A stretch of DNA of 64,000 bases from Sphyrna mokarran (lineage: Eukaryota). Under the pieces are notes generated by a model. That model saw nothing but the letters and a program-made list of their open reading frames with translations, was not told the origin of the DNA and ran no database searches. A program made the position numbers and the translations under genes. Numbering within the stretch: the first letter of the stretch is position 1; every line of letters starts with the position of its first letter. Where the stretch lies: positions 48,918,001-48,982,000 of the forward strand of contig JAGIQG010000001.1 of assembly GCA_024679065.1 (NCBI GenBank). The letters run 5' to 3'. Of the stretch, positions 50,581-63,440 are shown piece by piece.

Positions 50581-52180
50581 ATATCTTGAAACTGTGACCC
50601 ATTGTTCTAGACCATCCAACCAGAGGAAACAATATTCTGGTATCCTGTCTGTCCAGCACTGTCAGAATTTTATACATTTCAATTAGGCCCTCATTCACTC
50701 TTCTAAGTACCAATGTATACAAACCCAACTGATGCAATCTCTCCTCATATGCTAATTCTGGCATCGTATAAATCAGTCTGATGAACGTTGCCTCCATGAC
50801 AAGTACATCCTTTCTTAAATAAGGAGACCAAAACTTCACAGAATACTCCAGATATGGTCTCTTATAAATGTACAGCTGAAGTAAGATGTTCCTGCATTCA
50901 AATCCTCTTGCAATAAAGGCCAACATAAGTAATCTTCCTAAATGCTTGCTGTAACTGCGTGTCTGCTTTCAGTGATAGATTTCATTATATATCAACATTT
51001 CTCAATCTATCACCGTTTAAATAATACTGTCATTCTGTTCCTCTATCCAAAGTGCATATCCATATTATACTATATCTATCAAATTTGTCCACTCACTCAA
51101 CTTGGCTAAATCACAATGAAGCCTTTTAACATCCTCCTCACCACTCACTTATCCACATGTTTTGTGCCATCAGTAAATTTGGAAATATTACATATAGTTC
51201 CCTCACATAAATTATTGATGTATATTGTGAAAAGCTAGTCCCAAGACTAATCATTGTGAGACACCATTTGTCACTGCGTGCCACTTTGAAAAAGACCCAT
51301 TTATTCTTATCCATGCCAATCCCAAGCACTTTAACTTTGCATATTAACATCTTATGTGCTTGATCAAAAGCTTTCTGAAAATCCAAATACATGAAATCCA
51401 CGGGCTTATCCTTGTCTATTCTACTAGTAACACCCTCAAAAAACTCAGTAGGTTTGTCAAACGTATTTTTCTCTTTCATAAATCCAGGCTGACTTTGTCT
51501 AATCTCATTGATCATTTCTAAGTATCCTATTATCACATCCTTTAGAATAGATTCTAGCAATTTCCCTGCTACTGACATTAGGCTAACTAATCTGTGTTTC
51601 CGTGTTGCCTCCATCTTTTTTTAAATATTGAAGTACATTTGCAACCCGCTATTCTGCTGGGATATTCCAAAATCTATAGAATTTTAGAAAACGGTAACCA
51701 ATGCATCCACTATTTCCACTATTTCTCCTTTAGTACCTTGGGATATAGATTATCAGTCCCTGGGGATTTATCAACTTTTAGTCCCATTCATTTTTCAATA
51801 CTATTTTTCCAGTAATATTACTTTCCCTCAATTCCTCCTCACTCTACTCTTGTTTCCTTAAACTTTTTAGGGAGTTGTTTGTGTCTTCCTCCAGGAAGAC
51901 AGAGCTAAAGTAGTTGTTTAATTGCTTTGCCAATTCCTTGCTTTCCATTACAAATTCTCCTGTTTCGGAGACCTACATTTGTCTTCACTGATCTTTTTTT
52001 TATTATATACTTATAGAAGCATTTACAATCCACTTCTTTTGTTATTTGCAAGTTAACTACCATACGCAATCCCTTGGCCCTCTTTTGCTGAATACTGAAC
52101 GTCTCCGAATCCTCAGGCATGCTACTTTTTCTAGCAACTTTATAGACTTTGTGCTTTGGACCTAACAGCATGCTTCATTT
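50581..52180 (-). mobile_element. Older CR1 (host of the young copy; resumes at about 48995-49062)
   Basis: ORF 51138-51614 (YLDFQKAFD); ...GHSFKI | WGRLFRTEMSRNVFTQ rejoins across the insertion. Confidence 0.85.
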
Positions 52181-52235
52181 CTTATGTAGAAGGAGACTTT
52201 CCTACTCTGTGCTAATCTTTTCGGCAAAATTCACT

Positions 52236-52306
52236 TGTCAGTACTGGGGATCGAACCCACTACTGTGATATTAGCAACACGCTCTAACCTTCTGAGGTAA
52301 CCGACC
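52236..52306 (-). pseudogene. tRNA-Ile(AAT)-derived pseudogene/retrocopy inside a 100-bp insertion with a 12-bp TSD
   Basis: GGTCGGTTACCTCAGAAGGTTAGAGCGTGTTGCTAATATCACAGTAGTGGGTTCGATCCCCAGTACTGACA; damaged D and anticodon stems; TCCTACTCTGTG at 52200-52211 and 52312-52323. Confidence 0.8.
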
Positions 52307-52987
52307 ACTGGTCCTACTCTGTGGTCAGGTGAAGAATCATTTCAGCTCAGTGAATAGACAGTTTGGATTGTACACCTGTAACCTCTTTGATTTGCCTCTG
52401 TAATTCATGCAAATCCCTATTTAAATAGTTACATTGTCATTATAACAGCATTTCTCGGTTCAAGGGCAGATATTGAGAAACCATTTGTTTTTAATTAACC
52501 TAATTAATATAATTAAAACATGTGTTTCCCCTTTCAGCATGCAAACATGCCTTCAAGGGGTTAGATTATAGCAAGTGTCAGTGTCACTGCAGCTATGAAT
52601 TTGATGTACTTTCTATTTTTGCCAAGGGAATAATGTTGCCGACACTAATGTCAACCATGCAATCAAATATATGTTACAACACTGAAAATTAATCTCAGTT
52701 TTCATGTTAATGTTTGTAAGATGGAGGAATTCATTAACATTTGAAAAACAAGTTTTCAGAGGAGTACCATTGGCATTAATTGCTTGCAAATGTCAGGAGG
52801 ATTATATTTGGGATGGAAGCCAATTTAGAGAATTCAAGTTTTGAAGAATTTTATAAATGCAGTTAATCTCCCACAGTGTAAATAACCATCATGGCTACAG
52901 ATGTTAAAAAGATCACCTATAATTCTGAGTTGAGGGCAACAACTGAAGGAGAAGGGCACTTGTTCCAAGTTATATTTAATCACGAGT

Positions 52988-54740
52988 GTACATTGAAACA
53001 TAGAGACTAGAAGCAGGAGTAGACCATTTGGCCCTTCGAGTCTGTTCTGCCATTCATTTTGATCATGGCTGATCATCAAATTCAATATCCTATCCCCCCT
53101 CCTTCCACCCATATCATTTGATCCCTTTAGCCCCAAGGGCACAGTGGTTAGCACTTTTGCCTCACAGTGTCAGGCACCCAGGTTTGATTCCCTGCTTGGC
53201 TCACTGTCTTGTGGAGTTTGCACATTCTCCCTGTGTCGGTGTGGGTTTCTTTCGGGTGCTCAGGTTTCCTCCCACAGCCTAAAGACATGCTGGTTAGGTG
53301 AATGGCCATGCTAAATTTCCCTCAGTGTACCCGAACAGGTGCCTGAGTGTGGCAACTAGGGAATTTTCGCAGTAACTTAAAAATTTATTTATTAGTAAAG
53401 TTTGTTTATTAGTCACAAGTGAGGCTAACATTAACACTGCAAAGAAATTCTGTGAAATTCTCCTAGTCACCTTACTTCGGCTTCTGTTTGGGTCAATGCA
53501 CCTAATCAGCATGTCTTTTAGAATATAGGAGGAAACCAGGGTGCTCACAGGAAACCCACACAAACACAGGGAGAACTTGCAAACTCCACACGGACAGTGA
53601 CCCAAGTCAAGAATTGAACCGGGATCCTGGCGCTGTGAGGCAGCAGTACCATTGTTACTACCGTGCCACCCACCGTTGTCCTACCATGATGCCCTTGCAA
53701 TGATAATTTCATTGTGGTGTGAATGTAAGCCTACTTGTGACTAATAAACCAATGTTACTTAATTTCTTGAAATCAGAAGATTTGTGCTTTAAATGGCAGA
53801 ACCCTTAGGAACATTTACATAAAGTGGGATCTGGGCGTGAGGGTCCACTGTTCCCTAAAAGTGGCAATACAGGTGGCCAAGGTGATTAAGAAGGCACATT
53901 ACATGCTTGCCTTCATTGGCTGGGTCATTGAGTACAAGAGTTGGAAAATCATGTTGTAGCTTGGTTAGGCTGCATTTAGAGTATTGCGTGCAGTTCTGGT
54001 CACCACACAGCAAAGGATGTGGAAGCTTTGGAGACAGTGCAAAGATGGTTCACCAGGATGTTGCCTAGTCTTGAGGGTGTTGGCTATGAGGAGAGATTGA
54101 ATAAACAAGGATTGGTTTCACTGGAAAGATGAAGCTGAAAAGAGATCTGATAGAGTTAAAATCAGGGTGGATAAGTCAGAGGCTTTTTCATTGGTAAATG
54201 TGTCAATTACAAGGGGGCACAGATTCAAGGTGGAGAGGGGGAAAGTTTAAGGGAAATGTGCAGGAGAGATTTTTCATGCAGAAAGTGAAGGGTGCCTGGA
54301 ATGCATTGCCAGAGGAGGTGGTAGAAGCACGAACATTAGCAACACTTAAGAGACATCTGAATGGGTACGTAAACAGGAGGGGAATAGAAGGATCCAAGCC
54401 AAGTAAGGGCTGTTTTTTTTTAGTTTAGGGCATCGTGATTGGCACAGGTTTAGGGGGCCGAAGGACCTGTTCCTAAGCTGTACTTTTCTTTGTTCTTTGT
54501 TCTTAGTTTTGGCCTCAACCAGTTGCCGTGGTAGTGAATTCCAACATTCACCAACATCTGGATGAAGAGATTTCTCCTCAATTTCCTTCCAAACAAATTG
54601 ACCCCTTATCCTCAAACTATGACCCCTAGTTCTGGATTCCCCACCATTGGAAACACTCTTTCTGAATCTACCTTGTCTAACCCTGTTGGAATTTTATACA
54701 TTTCTATGAGATTTCTTCTCACTCTTCTAAACTCCAATGT
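52988..54740 (-). mobile_element. CR1 3' end split by two opposed type-B V-SINEs (53138-53750 + and 53379-53672 -) and a + strand CR1 (about 53800-54502)
   Basis: Collinear CR1 pieces at 52988-53137 and 54503-54740; inner CR1 reads ERFFMQKVKGAWNALPEEVVEA. Confidence 0.75.
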
Positions 54741-56311
54741 TAACTGTAAAGGGTTTACAAGTGGCTAAAGGAATGTATTAGGGATGAAATAGCTCTAATT
54801 CTGCAATTTAAAGGTTTGCATATCCCAACATGTTAACCATTTTTCTGTCCATTGTGAAGTGGATGCTTATACAACAATCCATCTAATGTGCATTAAAACA
54901 GGGAAAGGCTCTGTTATGATGGTACCAAATTGTATGTGGACTTCGCTATTAATTAGATACAATACACAATATTGAAGTGCATATGGGGTTACCTGATCTT
55001 GAAAGTTAGATAATACGCGTCAGTGAATTGGCCTGCATGCTGGATTAAATGATATTGTTCTTGAAGCTAAATCTGTGACTTAGATTGTTATTCTTCCAGG
55101 TTAAGATACAACATTGACAACAAGGATAATTACGGAGAAATTTTAGATTGTGTCATGGCATTTGCTGGAACTGATATGTCTGCGGGTCTGGAGAATTGCA
55201 TTGTTTGATCCCACAAGTGATGCCAGTGTTGTCAACATGAAATGGTATGTGTGACTGTAGGAGCTCAGGGCTGACAGGTGCCTTAGGATGGGGCAACAGA
55301 GGCACACGAAGCAAGACCTTATTGTTGTTCAAAGCATATGCTTGGAAAGGAAAACTTTCAAGACATTGCCTGACAAAGGGAGAAAAGGCAAATTATGAAT
55401 ATGGAATGAAAGCTTTGAAGGAGCATTATTCAGTGATGCCAGAGGCCACATTTCAAAGGCGAGGCAGAAAAAGGAGAATAGATGCAATTATGTTCCATCT
55501 CTGCCATTGGCATGTTGGAAGCTGATTTTAACAGACTGGTACAACAGAATTCAGGTACATGTGAATGTTGACAGCAAAGGTCAGAGAGAGAGAGTGTTAT
55601 AGTCGTGGCAACTTGGAGGAGTTTGGAATAAATGCCTGCTGCCCTGCCAGTTGAATAAAAAAGCAAAAACATAGGCACAAAGACCATTTTGCCAAGAATA
55701 TCAGAAGCAATGTTGAACAGAGCCTGGCTAATCACATGACGAAAATAGAGATGAAAGCATAACTGAGATTAGTCAAAGAAGAGTGAGGACATTTGTAACA
55801 ATCATGGATACATGTTTTCTATCAACAGCAGCAGCCATGAGAAAATTCTAATGATCTGCTGGTGTCAAAATGAGCATTATTGTTGATCTAGCAGTGACAG
55901 TAATGTCATTAACATGTCCTTCCAAAAATGGGAGGAACTGAAGACAAAGAGAATCAAGTGTGCCTCTCAAAAATGTGTCAAAAAGCTCGATTCCCATTCA
56001 TCTAAAACCTCACTTCAAACTCTTAGTGCTTTTTTATGGAGGGGAGAGCTGGGGATCTGAATGTAGAGACAGAATTTTTAGCGACTAAGGAGGATGATGA
56101 GTGTGTTATGAGCAGAGAGACTGCCCAAGCTTTGGGATTGCCACATGTTGGATGGAAAATGAGTTCTCTGAAATCCTGTGTGAAGCTTGGAGAGTTTATT
56201 TGGCCCTGTATTTCAAGGAACTTGGAAGTTTCGCAACTAAGTATGAGTTACCATTAATAAGAATTAGTATTGGCTAGATTCCAGTCTGCAGAACTTGAAG
56301 TAATTTTTCAA

Positions 56312-56671
56312 AGTTCATTCATTGGACATGGGCATTTCTGACTGGCTAGTATTTATTGCCCATTCTTAGTTGCACTTGTTCAGAGGGCAGTTGAGAGTCA
56401 AACACGTTGCTGTGACTCTGGAGCCACATGTAAGCAAGACTAGGTACAAATGACAATTTCTTTCCTTATCAGATATTAGTGAACCAAATGGGTTTTTCTG
56501 ACAATTGACAATGGTTTCATGGACATAATAAATTCATAATTTCAGATTTTTTTTAATTGAATTCAAATTGCATCATCTGCCATAGTGGGATTTGAACCCA
56601 GGTCCGTAGAATGTTAGGTAAGTTTCTGGAGTAATAACCCAGCAGTAATACCACTAGGCCATTGCCTCCCC
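56312..56671 (-). mobile_element. tRNA-derived SINE (GGCAATTAGGGATGG-tail family)
   Basis: Head GGCAATGGCCTAGTGGTATT...GGTTCAAATCCCAC; body matches 58100-58365. Confidence 0.75.
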
Positions 56672-56683
56672 TTAGAAGTAAAT

Positions 56684-56856
56684 AACAAAGAACAAAAAAA
56701 CAAAGAATGACACAACATGGGAAACAGGCCCTTCAGCCCAACGAGCTTCGTCTGCCATTTTAACAATGTGAGTTCCTTCTTCCACCCATGACCCTTGTCT
56801 ATGCTTATGGAAATCCACATTGGAAACCAGATTGAGGGGAGACAATTTAGGGCAAA
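56684..56856 (-). mobile_element. Truncated second copy of the long CR1 3' UTR seen at 1431-1585
   Basis: ACAAAGAACAAAAAA...GGGAAACAGGCCCTTC.GCCCAACGAGC...ACCC.TGA.CC.TGTCTATG.TTAT...AATTTAGGG. Confidence 0.7.
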
Positions 56857-57499
56857 TGATGGCAAGTTGAATCAGAGTTAATGTTTATAAGCCATAAACT
56901 CTCAACGGGCAGAATCAATCTAGCCAAAGATAAGATACAAGCAATATTAAAAACACATGGACCACAAAATGTCAGTGAAGTGATAAATTTTCTGGGATTT
57001 GTGAAATATTGTGTGTGGTATATCCCAAACTTCTTGACCCTGACTGATCCATAAGGAGGTTCATCAAAGCTTCCTTCAGGGCTTTGAAAGACGACTTGAC
57101 GAGTTCTTGAGTCCTGGAATGCCATGATCCAAAAGCAGCAATAAAAGCCGAAGCAGATTATAGACCAATGAGATTAAGAATAGTGTGGGCTGAAGGGCCA
57201 AGAATCATTGCTTCTGTGAGCAGATCACTGACAGATGTGGACAGGAGATATTTTCAGTTGGTGGAAGAGGCCCTAGGATTGCTATGGGCATGTGAAAGAT
57301 TCCATGCATACTGATTCGGCATTGAGTTTGAATTAATGATAGATGAAAAGCCATGAGAGACAATTTATTTTCCCAGATCCAAACCATGTGCCAGAATTGA
57401 GAAATGGGCTTTGAAACTGAGGAGTACAACTACAAAGGGCAGAATACTGCACTCCCCAAACCTCTGGCAGTTTAGAGTATAAGATTGCATGGACAGGAT

Positions 57500-58100
57500 T
57501 CACAGATCCACAGAATCACACAGTGCAGAAGAGTCCTCCAACCTATCAGTTCTATATTAATACATGATAAACACCTGACCTACCTACCTAATCTCATTTA
57601 ATGGCACTTGTCTCAGGACCTTGAATGTTATGTTGTGCCAAGTGGTCATCCAGGTACTTTTTAAATGTTGAGCGGCAACCCATCTCTACCAGCAGGGTGG
57701 CGTGGTGGCACAGTGTTTAGCATTGCTGCCTCAGTGCCAGGGACTTAGGTTCAATTCCTGGTTTGGATCACTGTGCGGAGTCTACATGTTCTCCACGCAT
57801 CTGCGTGGGTTTCTCCTGGGTGCTCCAGTTTCCTCCCATGGTCCGTAAGACATGTTTAGCTGCATTGGCCATGCTAAATTCTCCCTCAATTTACCCAAGC
57901 AGGAGCCAGTGTGTGGTATTTTGGGGATTTTCATTTTATTACACTGTTAGTATAAGCCTACTTGTAACACTAATAAATAAATATTAAAACTCTCTCAGAC
58001 AGAACATTCCAAACCACCACCACTCTTTTAATGAAAAACATTTTTTCTCACATCCACCCTAAAGCTCCTGGCCCTCACCTTGAGCTTGTGTTCCCTTGTG
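57500..58100 (-). mobile_element. CR1 3' end split by a type-B V-SINE (57694-57988, +)
   Basis: CATCCAGGTACTTTTTAAATG...CTCTACC | CTCTCAGACAGAACATTCCA. Confidence 0.7.
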
Positions 58101-58365
58101 AATTCACTAAAAAATCTGGAATTAAAAGTCTACTGATGACCATGAAACCATTGATGATTGTTGCAAAAACCCATCTGGTTTACTAATGTCCTTTAGGGAA
58201 GGAAATCTGCTGTCCTAACCTGGTCTGGCCTACTTGTGAGTCCAGACCCACAGCAATATGGTTGATTTTTAAATGTCCTCTGAACTGGCCTACTCAGCAC
58301 TCAGCAATTAGGGATGGCAAATAACGCTGGCCCAGCCAGTGGGGCCCGCATTCTACAAATAGAAA
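58100..58365 (+). mobile_element. tRNA-derived SINE body and tail (GGCAATTAGGGATGG family)
   Basis: AAAATCTGGAATTAAAAGTCT...CCTTTAGGGAAGGAAATCTGC...GCAATTAGGGATGG. Confidence 0.75.
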
Positions 58366-58374
58366 CATAAACTA

Positions 58375-59363
58375 AAATACTTGGAATTGGAGGTAATGTA
58401 CTGGCATGGATTAAACATAGAATAGAGTGTAAAAATAAATGGGTTATATTTACAGTAGTAAGCAGGAATAAGTGGAGTCACACAGGAATCAGTTCTTGAC
58501 CACAATATACATCAATGATTTAGATGAGGGAACCAAAATTAATATTCCCAATTTTGCTGATGATACCAAACTTGATGGGAATGTGAGTGTTGAGGAAGTT
58601 GTTCGGAGGTTTCAAGGTGATTTGAACAAGTAGAGTAGTGAGCAATTATGATGCAGTATAACATGGATAAATGTGAAACTTCGCTTGAGATGAGAAACAC
58701 AATAGCCAAAGTTGTATAAAGAGTGATAGATTGAGAGATTTTGATGCCAGTCACTGAAGGCAAGCATGCAGAAACTGCAAGCAGTGAAGAGGCAAATGAT
58801 TCATTGCAACAGGATTTAAGTACTGGAGCAAGGGTGTCTCATTGTAGCTGTCGAGGGTCCTTGGTGAGAACACACCTGGAGTATTGTGTGCAGGTTTGGT
58901 GTCTTTATCTGAGAAAGGATTTACTTGTCATATAAAGAGTGTAGCAAACATTTATCAGGCTGATTCCTGGGATGGTAGGATTGTAATATGAAGAGAAATT
59001 GGGTCGATCGAGCTTGCATTCACTGAAATTTAGAAGAATGGGGTGAGGTATAATTGAAACATATAGAATTCTGACAGGGATGATACCATTTTGCATTAAG
59101 ATTAGAATAAATTTCTTCACTCAGAGGATGGTGAAGCTTTTGAATTGTCAAAACACAGAATGCTGTGGAGACCAAAACACCGAATATACTTAAGAAGGAA
59201 ATAGATAGATTTCAAGATAAGTGTGTCAAGGGCTATGGGGAGAGAGCCCTTCTGCTGTGTGGAGAGAGCCCATTTGGTGTAGAGATAGAGGATCAATGTT
59301 GAATGCCAGAGCAAGATTGAAGTGCTGAAAGACCTACTTGTGTGACTATTTTCTATGTTTCTA
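58375..59363 (+). mobile_element. Old CR1 RT and 3' end
   Basis: NFADDTKL, LVRTHLEYCVQVW; TTCTATGTTTCTAT tail. Confidence 0.8.
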
Positions 59364-60684
59364 TAAGAGTCTTTGTTGAAGCTGCTAGAGGTCTTTAGCC
59401 CTGAGGAATTGCTGTAGTGATGTTCAAGGCTGAGATATGTGACCTCTAGACAGCTTCTTTTGTGCTAGATTTATCTCCAGCCAGTGGAGGAGATATCCCT
59501 AATCACCACTGACTTCAAATTTTCCAGTATTTCATGATGACACACTCAGTCAAATGTTGCCTTGATGCAAAGCGTGGTCACTTTCATCTACTGTCCAGAA
59601 TTCAGATTTTTTGTCCATATTTGGACCAAGATTGAAATCAATCTGGAACCAAGTGGTCCTGATGGAATTTAAAGCTGAGAATCAGTGACCAGATTATTGC
59701 TGAGTATGTTTTACTCGATAGCACTGTTGTGATACATTCGATCACTTTTCCTGATAGTTGACTACAACCAAGATTGACAGTAATTGGCTGGATTGTCAGC
59801 TTGATACTAGTGTTGCAGCTGTACTGGAATAACTTGGTTTCAAGAACAGTTCATCTGCAGTTGTCCTGCCATTTATGTTATGAAGGAGACTGTTCATAGC
59901 ACTGCTGAGGATGACACAACATACCTTACATCCACTGAGTCACAGTTGATACAAGAGAAGGATTAACTCCTAAAACGATAAGAACATGTAGAAAGAGGAA
60001 AGACCATTCAGCCCCTTTGAAATCAATCCTTCAATCAGACCTTGTATAATTTGCAATGTTATGGATAATCCCCAATTTACTTCTAATCTCCCTTGGGAAG
60101 TGACCAACTACAAGTAAAAAATCCCCATGTTGAGAAATTTCTTCTTGATTCCAAAATTAAGCAAAAGTTCTGCAATATCAATCAAGGTTACAATCTATGT
60201 TATTCAACCCTTGCCATGTACATTCCACAGATGATATTCCCATAGCCTGATTAAAATGGGAATCACAGTATTCTTGAGAGTATTTGATCAGCTATTTCTA
60301 TTTTTTTTGGAATATACAGTCCTCCTAATAATGTTCCTTTTTAACATTATATTAACTATTTTATAAACAACAACTTTATAAAACAGCTCCTCAAAGACTG
60401 TCCATGTTTGCACTGTTGGTGCACGCCAAGGGCACCACATTGGAAAACATTTCTTAATGTTCTTCACAATTGTTATCTCTAGCTGGAAAAAAATCTCTTG
60501 TCTTGCTTGTTAGTTGCCAGCATCGTACTCACACCCTCCATTTCTGCAATCATGAGAATTTCTATTGGAATACTAGTATTGCCACATTCAAAAAGGTAAA
60601 ACAGATAGTGCTGCTTAAAATCATTCTTTGCTCTGGTCATAAAACAGTCAGACACAGAATATAGTGACTTGGAAATTAATAGCA

Positions 60685-60982
60685 GGCAATACAGTGGAAC
60701 AGTGGTAAGCATGACAGCATCACAGAGCCAGGGATCTGGTTTGATTCCGGGCTTGCATCATTGTCTGTGCGGAGGCTGCACATTCTCCCTGTGTCTGCAA
60801 GGGTTTCCTCTGAGTGCTTTGGTTTCCTCCCACGGTCCAAAAGACATAGTGGTAAGGTGCTTTGGCCATGCTAAATTCTCCTCAGTGTACCTGAACAGGT
60901 GCCAGAGTATGGTGGCTAGGAGATTTTCACAGAACTTCATTGCAGTGTTTAAGCCTACTTGTGACAATAATAAATAAACTTT
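60685..60982 (+). mobile_element. V-SINE, tail type B
   Basis: Ends CCTACTTGTGACAATAATAAATAAACTTT. Confidence 0.85.
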
Positions 60983-62207
60983 GAAGAAAAAAATAAGAAC
61001 AACGAAACAACAACATCAATAATAATATAGCAAAACGTTTCACAGTTTCCTCTCACAGTGCTGCATTTCCAACACAGGTCTCAAGCTTCAAAAAATCCTT
61101 TGCAATTTTCAGGACAATTGTTTGGCATAAAAATGAAAGAATCATATCTTTAAAAAATGTTTTGAGCAGTTGGAACATGACAAAAAGAGTGTTAAGCAAT
61201 TACATTTAAGCATTGCTTCAGTTAGTGGTGAGTTATCACCAACAAAAGCAAATAGCAATTATCTATAAAATAACCATTCAGGCAAGAGGCACTATGCTTG
61301 AGGACAAAATACATGTTGCCATTCCTTTTCTTTCATAACATCGTCACTGTGTTGAGTTGCTTTAGCCAAGTTCTAATCAGCAGCTGGCATCTTTCTAAAA
61401 CATTAAACTACAAGGAAACATTAAACTACAAGATCAACGTAGCAATACCTACGTTAGTAGGGTGGCTACTGACTGAATAGCAAGTATCTCCTATCTTTGT
61501 TCTCATTTGGGAATTATGATGGCAGATTATTTGCAGGAGAAGGTCAGGGCTTGTTACTGTGGTAATTTGCATGGTCACTGGTCACTGAAGTGATTGATTA
61601 TTGATCTATAGGCTCTTGAACAATTAGAGGATGAGAACTCCTGCTTTGGAAATGTTTTGCTATAGGCAACTTTCTTCAGCAGACTGTTTATTTTGAACTT
61701 CTAGGCAATTTTCCTGTTTGTTGGTGTCAGCTGTTCCTGTCAGCAGCCTCCTGCTCCTAAACCATTGACAATGTCAATCAGTGAGATCAGCTGGTCTTTT
61801 CAGCTGGTCTTTTATGCGTTTGCAAGTTCCACCTTGATCTTACTTACAGGACCATTGTTCGCAAGAATGTATGATTGTAGGCATTCTGAAATTCTCCATG
61901 CATAAAACATGTCCTACCCAGCACAGTTGGCATTATAAAAAAAATGTATTCAATGTTGCGCACATTTTGTCATTGTTTGTGATTCTGATCACCTTATGTT
62001 CTTGATGGGTTGAAGACAACATTGATGGAAAAAGTTGCATTTATTTTCTATGCAGTATGTTTTTGCATTCACCCAGAATTGGTAATTTTTTTTATGCATT
62101 CTTGGTTCAGTAACTATCTTTTGACAGGAGCTAACACTTAACATATGATTTGGATCAGAAAAACAACTTGAAATTATGTTAAACTTTATACAAAGCAAAA
62201 GGTCTTA

Positions 62208-62535
62208 GAGTGACACAGTGGCAGTGGTTAGCACTGCTGCCTCAGTGTCACGAAGCAAGGTTAGATCTCATCTTGGGTCACTGTTTATGTGAAGTTTGCA
62301 CATTCTCCCTGGGACTGCATGGATTTCCTCTACATGCTCCAATTTCCTCCCACAGTTCACAATCCAAAGATATACAGGTTAGGTGAATTGGCCATGCTAA
62401 ATTGTCCCTTAGTGTCTGGGAGCTAGTTAGGTTAAATGCATGAGATATGGGGATAGGGCATAGGTGGGATTATGGTTGGTTCAAACTTGATGGGCCAAAT
62501 GGCCTCCTTTTGCACTGTATTATTCTGTGATTCTT
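62208..62535 (+). mobile_element. HE1/V-SINE, tail type A
   Basis: Ends GGGCCAAATGGCCTCCTTTTGCACTGTATTATTCTGTGATTCT. Confidence 0.85.
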
Positions 62536-63177
62536 GAGGCATTTCACTGAAGCTGAGTGAGACAGCAAAGTGATATTGAGTAAGAACTGAGAGCAGGTGA
62601 CCAAAGTTTTGACAAAGAAGAGATTCTGAGGAGAAACTTGATAATGGAAAGCAGTGGAAAAGGCAGCAGATTTTAATCAGCTTCAGCTGGCCACTCAATG
62701 CAGCATTTAACCTGGAGTGTACTCAACTTGCTGTGTCAGTGCGGTTAAATCTGGGCACTGGTAAATTAGAGAGAGAAGTATATAATTCACTCAATTTTTA
62801 AAGATCTGATATGGTGGTCTGGTATGTGCAAGGTCAGAGAGAGGGAACACATAATTCCCTTGAGTTAATGTAGCTTGAAAAGCCAAAATTTAGTTTACGT
62901 TTCAAATTCTTCTGGTCAGTTTTTGGAGGGGTTAGAACACTCCCTTTGGTGTAGTTGATTTAGGCTTGTTCATGTATCCAGCAAAGCCAGAAGAAGGAAT
63001 GATACTTGTTTTAAAAATTATAGAAAGGGGAATTACAAATTCTAGTATTCTTGGAATGAATTTGCTTGAACTTTAGTGTCAGATGTGGACTCTTCCTCAT
63101 CAAAAAAAACATTGACTTGACACAGACAGATAGTCCCTGGATAAAATTCTGGAAATTTCATGGCTTTCCCATGATGT

Positions 63178-63440
63178 GATTTGATTTGAATTAATATTGT
63201 CACATGTATTAGTATACAGTGAAAAGTATTGTTTCTTGTGACTATATGAACAAAGCATACCGTACGTCAAGAAGGAGAAAGTGCAGAATGTAGTGTTACA
63301 GCCATAGCTAGGATGTAGAGAAAGATCAACTTAATGCAAGGTAAACCTGTGACAGCAACAGGAAAAAAGCTGTTTTGAGTTGGTTGGTTTGTGACCTCAG
63401 GCTACCCTTTTCCCAACAGAGGAAGGTGGTCGAGAGAATC
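63178..63440 (-). mobile_element. Rex1/Babar LINE 3' end
   Basis: Matches 10183-10480 and 47111-47380. Confidence 0.8.

Larger units (their letters stand above)
55130..57440 (+). mobile_element. Degenerate Ty3/Gypsy internal region (gag, protease, RT connection, RNase H), interrupted at 56312-56856
   Basis: PQNVSEVINFLGFVKYCVWYIPNF; SRSLTDVDRRYFQLVEEALGLLWACERFHAY; RSKPCARIEKW; MSRETAQALGL. Confidence 0.8.

Noticed and set aside
49154-50926. 590-aa ORF as a host or domesticated gene
   Set aside because: Explained by a nested CR1-in-CR1 insertion with a TSD and a retroelement tail.
52236-52306. Functional tRNA-Ile gene
   Set aside because: Disrupted D and anticodon stems, a shortened acceptor stem and flanking TSDs indicate a retrocopy.
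8963-52414. Several ATGCAAAT octamers (8963, 35923, 37109, 43364, 43517, 52407)
   Set aside because: The count is close to chance for AT-rich DNA, and none is followed by an snRNA or Ig V gene.
61398-61813. Short tandem duplications (17-mer at 61398/61416; CAGCTGGTCTTTT twice at 61788)
   Set aside because: Two-copy slippage events; not an array and not CRISPR-like.
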